Below are positions 60,035-64,000 of a stretch of 64,000 nucleotides of DNA, piece after piece. The position numbers and the translations under genes are program-made. The stretch is from Selaginella moellendorffii (Eukaryota; Plantae; Lycopodiophyta), in NCBI RefSeq assembly GCF_000143415.4, contig NW_003314302.1:389182-453181 (forward strand), in the 5' to 3' direction. Numbering within the stretch: position 1 is the first letter of the stretch; every line of letters starts with the position of its first letter. Under the pieces are notes generated by a model. The model saw nothing but the letters and a program-made list of their open reading frames with translations, was not told the origin of the DNA and searched no databases.

Positions 60035-60416
60035 TGTCTATGATATTGTTCGGCTTGGAAATCTGATAGTAATTTATATAAAAGTCAGGAGGAAGGCTCT
60101 GCAAATGATCAGAAGTGGACAAATGATTTGACCATAATTATTAAAGTTTGCTCTAACGTTTCTTTTGTATTATAAGCAAACATTGGGTCGTATAGGTGTG
60201 AATGAGTCTGATGTTCTTAATTTAATAGCTAATTCATATGCTTCTAGATAATAATTGCCAGGCATAATACCAAATAACCTTGAGTATATAATTGTGGTCA
60301 AAATAATTGTCTACTTCAAATCATTTGCCAGCCGGTGGGGAAATATCTAGGCCTTCTTCATGAATATATATATCAGGTTTCCAAGCTCAAAACAGTCAGT
60401 TCATAGTTCATAGACA

Positions 60417-60896
60417 ATGGAGCAAGGTAAAGTTTTCTTAGCGCTCTCCCTTGTAATCACAATTGCTGGAGCCAAGAGATATCCTCTTCCCAGAATTTCT
60501 CCAGTTCCAACTCCAGCTCCAGCTCCAGCAGCTCTTGGACTTTGCTGGAAGAGCTACCTAGCCAACACGTTGGTATGCTCTTGTGCAAAATTATCTGTCT
60601 GGGATCCATCAACCAGGGCTATTGGAGCAGCCTTGACTGATATGCTCCGCACCTCAAGCAATATCACCACCCAGCATGGTGACTTGTTTGGAGCTCTCAC
60701 TTGCAACGATCAGGCTGCTTGCAGGCTTTGTACTTTGGAAGCTATAAATTCTATTTCTTTCTGATGTGGCTCTGCAGCTTCGGTGTCTTACACAACAGCG
60801 GCATGTAGAGTGCAGTATGTTGTGAAAAATACCAGCTGGGTCAGCTGGATCATTCGCCAAGGCAACTGGTTCATTTGGGCTTTCAAGTTCCATTGA
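60417..60896 (+). pseudogene. Type-B secreted Cys-rich gene with a premature stop
   Basis: TGG>TGA at 60762-60764. The rest is colinear with 57919-58422. Confidence 0.85.
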
Positions 60897-62399
60897 AGAC
60901 GTCTCAGCATGCCTGGAAATAAATTGAGGAACATAGAACTAAAAAGAAAATAAGATGCATTTTGAGCCAATTTAATTTTAAAATGCAGGTTTTTTTTTAT
61001 TTGGCTGAAGAAAAATACTAAGTATGAACGGGCGAGCACTCCTCGGGAGGAAGACGGCCGCAGCAATGAATTTCTGCAACCAGACAGGGACACCATTCTT
61101 GAATCATGATCGGTGAGAGTTGGCAATGAACACATTGGGCAAGAGCTCTTGTGGATCTCAACTGTTGGCGTTGTGACGAGTTTTGGTGGGTCATGATATC
61201 GGTAAGATGGTGAGGAAGTCGCCGCGGGGGTGATCGGCCACCCTGGGGTGGTGGTAGGAGAGGTCGCTTTGAAGAGCCAAGAGCTTTTGATGCGCTTTTG
61301 TCTTAGGAAGGGGGTCACCTTGTCGTGTGCAGCCTAGGGCGTGAGGCATGTGGCCTTGGAGTTGGCCAAAGGTTGTGTGACGACGTGTATGGGCACACTC
61401 TTGTGTCTTGGGGATGGGGGAGTCTGTGACTGCACTGTCTGACGGAAGGTCAAATTTTCGATTGAGCCCAATGGCATGCAGAACAAACCAGACACAATAG
61501 CGACACAGGACGATCTTGGCGCGAGGTTGTAGCTGAGCGTGGCAAGAGAGGGCAGTCAGTGTGCCATCCGAGTTACTACGTAGCCAAATTTGGTGCAGGC
61601 ATAAGAGGTCAGGACTTCAGCAATCCGAACTGCGTTGAGTTTGACTCTATTCCTTGGGGGAGGGGGGGAGCCCGAGCAAGCTACGCGGATGTGTCGGTCC
61701 GTGCCAGGCGACGGTGCCTATTTGTTAAAACCGGCCTAGGCGAGGTTGAGCCGGTCTCGCCCTCGGACTATTGTATGGAAGGGGGTGAAATCTGGAATAT
61801 TCTTGAAGTTCAAATTAAGGAAAGGAATAAAAGATTATTAGCATTTTGTTAATCCATGAATCTCATTTTTCTTTCAAGTTCAACAAGAACCAAATCTTTA
61901 TATGTCTTCAAGGCCAAGAAAGTAAAGTAAGGGCCTTATGATATCATACATGTTCAGATATAACCCAACTGTGCTCAAATAAATTAAATCTAATCATCAG
62001 AAATTTAGCCTTTTCCCTGCCAGCCCCATGTTATTTTATTAGTTTAGATACAAAAGGCTAGAAAAAATCAACTGTCTATGTGTTCCAGTGTTGATCATTA
62101 TTTTCTCATAGTCAAAGCGAAGGAGGAGGGAATAGGTCGATGGGATTCTCAGGCCAATTGGGTCGTCATGGACAAACAAGAAAGTGAGAAATCACTCGTG
62201 TGGCATGGATAGATTTCAGAGATCAAAATGGTATGAAATTTCCACTCATATATAGTGGTTGTGTTAAAATAAAATGGAATCAATTTAGCACCCATTACGT
62301 TTATTTTTTATTCCAACACACTTCCTATGTTTTCTTCTACCAAAAACTAAATGATTTTTTGAAGCATATCATAAGGGGGGTAAGAATGCTAAAACCTCT

Positions 62400-62921
62400 T
62401 CAATGGAACTTGAAAGCTCGAATGAACCAGTTGCCTTGGCGAATGATCCAGCTGGCCCAACTGGTAGTTTTCACAACACTATACTGCACTCTACATGCCG
62501 CTGCTGTGTAAGATACCGAAGCTGCAGGGCCACACCAAAAAGGAATAGCACGTAGAGCTTCCAAAGTACAAAGCCTGCAAGCAGCCTGATCGTTGCAAGT
62601 GAGAGCTCCAAACAAGTCACCATGCTGGGTGGTGATATTGCTTGAGGTGTGGAGCATATCAGTGAAGGCTGCTCCAATAGCACTTGTTGATGGATCCCAG
62701 ATAAATAACTTTGTGCAAGAGCATACCAAAGTGTTCGCCAAGTAGCTCTCCCAGCAAAATGGAGTTGTTGGAGCCGGAGATGGAGCTAGAAATGGAGTTG
62801 GAACTGGAGCTGGAGCTGCAATTGGAGCTGGAACTAAAGAATTTTCGGAAGGAGGATATCTCTTGGCTCCAGCAATTGTGATTACAAGGGAGAGTGCTAA
62901 GAAAACTTTACCTTGCTCCAT
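62400..62921 (-). CDS. Secreted Cys-rich family member with mixed A/B sequence features, 173 aa
   Basis: Intact ORF. B-like N- and C-termini with an A-like middle (CWESY...CTKL...TSAIGAAFTDMLHTS). Confidence 0.8.
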   Translation of the reverse strand: MEQGKVFLALSLVITIAGAKRYPPSENSLVPAPIAAPAPVPTPFLAPSPAPTTPFCWESYLANTLVCSCTKLFIWDPSTSAIGAAFTDMLHTSSNITTQHGDLFGALTCNDQAACRLCTLEALRAIPFWCGPAASVSYTAAACRVQYSVVKTTSWASWIIRQGNWFIRAFKFH

Positions 62922-63099
62922 TGTCTATGAAACTATGAACTGTTGTAATTGTTTTGAGATTGAAAACCTGGTTGAAATTTATATAAAGTCAGGAGGAAGG
63001 CCTTGATATTTCCCTACCGGCTGGCAAATGATCAGAAGTAGACAAATCATCTAAAGGTCTTTAACGTGTTTTTTAGCGACAAGGGCGGAGCAAATATTG

Positions 63100-64000
63100 A
63101 TCTGCCAGTTGTCCTCTAAGAAGCATGAGGTAAATGGGGTTAGCATTTCCTGTTAGTACAGTGAATCAAATAAGAAGATGGTCCGGTAGTAGCTCATATG
63201 CAATCAAAACATAAGAAATCTACATCCAAGGATTTACTATGTTCGTGTAGAGCTTGAAATGTTTAAAATCTTGGTGTTTCCTTTCCTGTACATGAAGTTC
63301 CACGCAAATGGCGAAGCTCTCTCGGTCTCCAAAACTCAGCTGTGGAGGTGGCTCCAAACGAAGAGAGGCAAGGAAAACAAGACAATGAGTAAAAGATGCA
63401 AGGGGATAGAAAAAACTCAAAGATGTCCAAGGCAGAAAAACAAAAAATATAGAGAAATAAAACCACCCAACGAAGCAAACCATGTGATAATTTAGGTACC
63501 ATGTTTATGATGACAAAGTACTGGGGACAGTTTTTTTTTTCTTTCTCTTTTTCTCTTCGAGCGTTCTTCTTGAATCCTCCCACATTAGTAAGATCTGGAA
63601 AACATAGGCTGTAAGTTCAAACAGCAATGCAAGATCATAGCCTTGGTCTCGAGATCACCTCAACCTTTTCTCATGAAACATGGAGTCAATATCAGCAAAC
63701 CTTCCTTGATTTCCTTTGTTGTTTTGCTGGCTGTGGAATTTCACAGAGACTTTGGAGCATTTCACTTCAAATTTCCCGGATGGTGAAACTGAAACGATCA
63801 GAGCACAAAAACAATCAAAATTCAAAAGACACACACTCGCTGACCAGAAACTTGACCTGTTTGACCCCTGCGTGTTAGAACCGGAGCATGAGAAATTTTC
63901 GATTCATCCTGGGTTCCAATCTGTACGTTTGTCGCTCTAGAGCTACGTAGAGCGAAATGTCGGTGGAAGTAAAGATAAGGCACAGGAATTCAAGGAAGCA
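63100..64000. repeat. Third, more diverged copy of the non-coding flank module seen at ~26900-27750 and ~55650-56650
   Basis: Shared strings such as aaacgaagagaggcaaggaaaa..agacaatga and gtgttagaac.ggagcatgagaaa...ctctagagcta.gtagag. Confidence 0.8.

Larger units (their letters stand above)
57150..61770. repeat. Large inverted repeat (~2.1-kb arms, ~360-bp spacer)
   Basis: The arm 57150-59222 (flank, B-, promoter, A+) mirrors the arm 59585-61770 (A-, promoter, B+, flank). Confidence 0.88.

Overview
This is eukaryotic land-plant genomic DNA. It has very short introns (47-65 nt), GC-rich intronless PLS-class PPR genes, tiny intergenic gaps and extremely AT-decayed transposons. That pattern fits a lycophyte such as Selaginella (inference, not verified). 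In order along the window: a complete but decayed Helitron (1270-7115); a 6-exon bulb-lectin receptor-like kinase with an unrecognised N-terminal domain; a 5S-rRNA-bearing Cassandra TRIM inserted at the LTR/PBS junction of an older LTR element; an intronless METTL16/FIO1-type m6A methyltransferase head-to-head with a PPR gene; Ty3/gypsy remnants enclosing a pseudogenised gene pair; a second decayed Cassandra, a (TA)n tract and a METTL16 fragment; an ATL RING-H2 gene; an AT-rich secreted lectin; a C2-TM-LysM gene; a PPR gene; an MCTS1 / TFIIA-gamma divergent pair; a carboxylesterase; a third PPR gene; a second ATL gene; and an array of small secreted Pro/Ala-rich, Cys-rich (divergent DUF26/Gnk2-like) genes arranged as nested inverted duplications (7 copies in the window). 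The best novelty candidates are the C2-TM-LysM protein, the N-terminal domain apparently shared by the RLK and the secreted lectin, and the palindromic secreted-protein array. Gene models and alignments were made by eye; no database searches were run.
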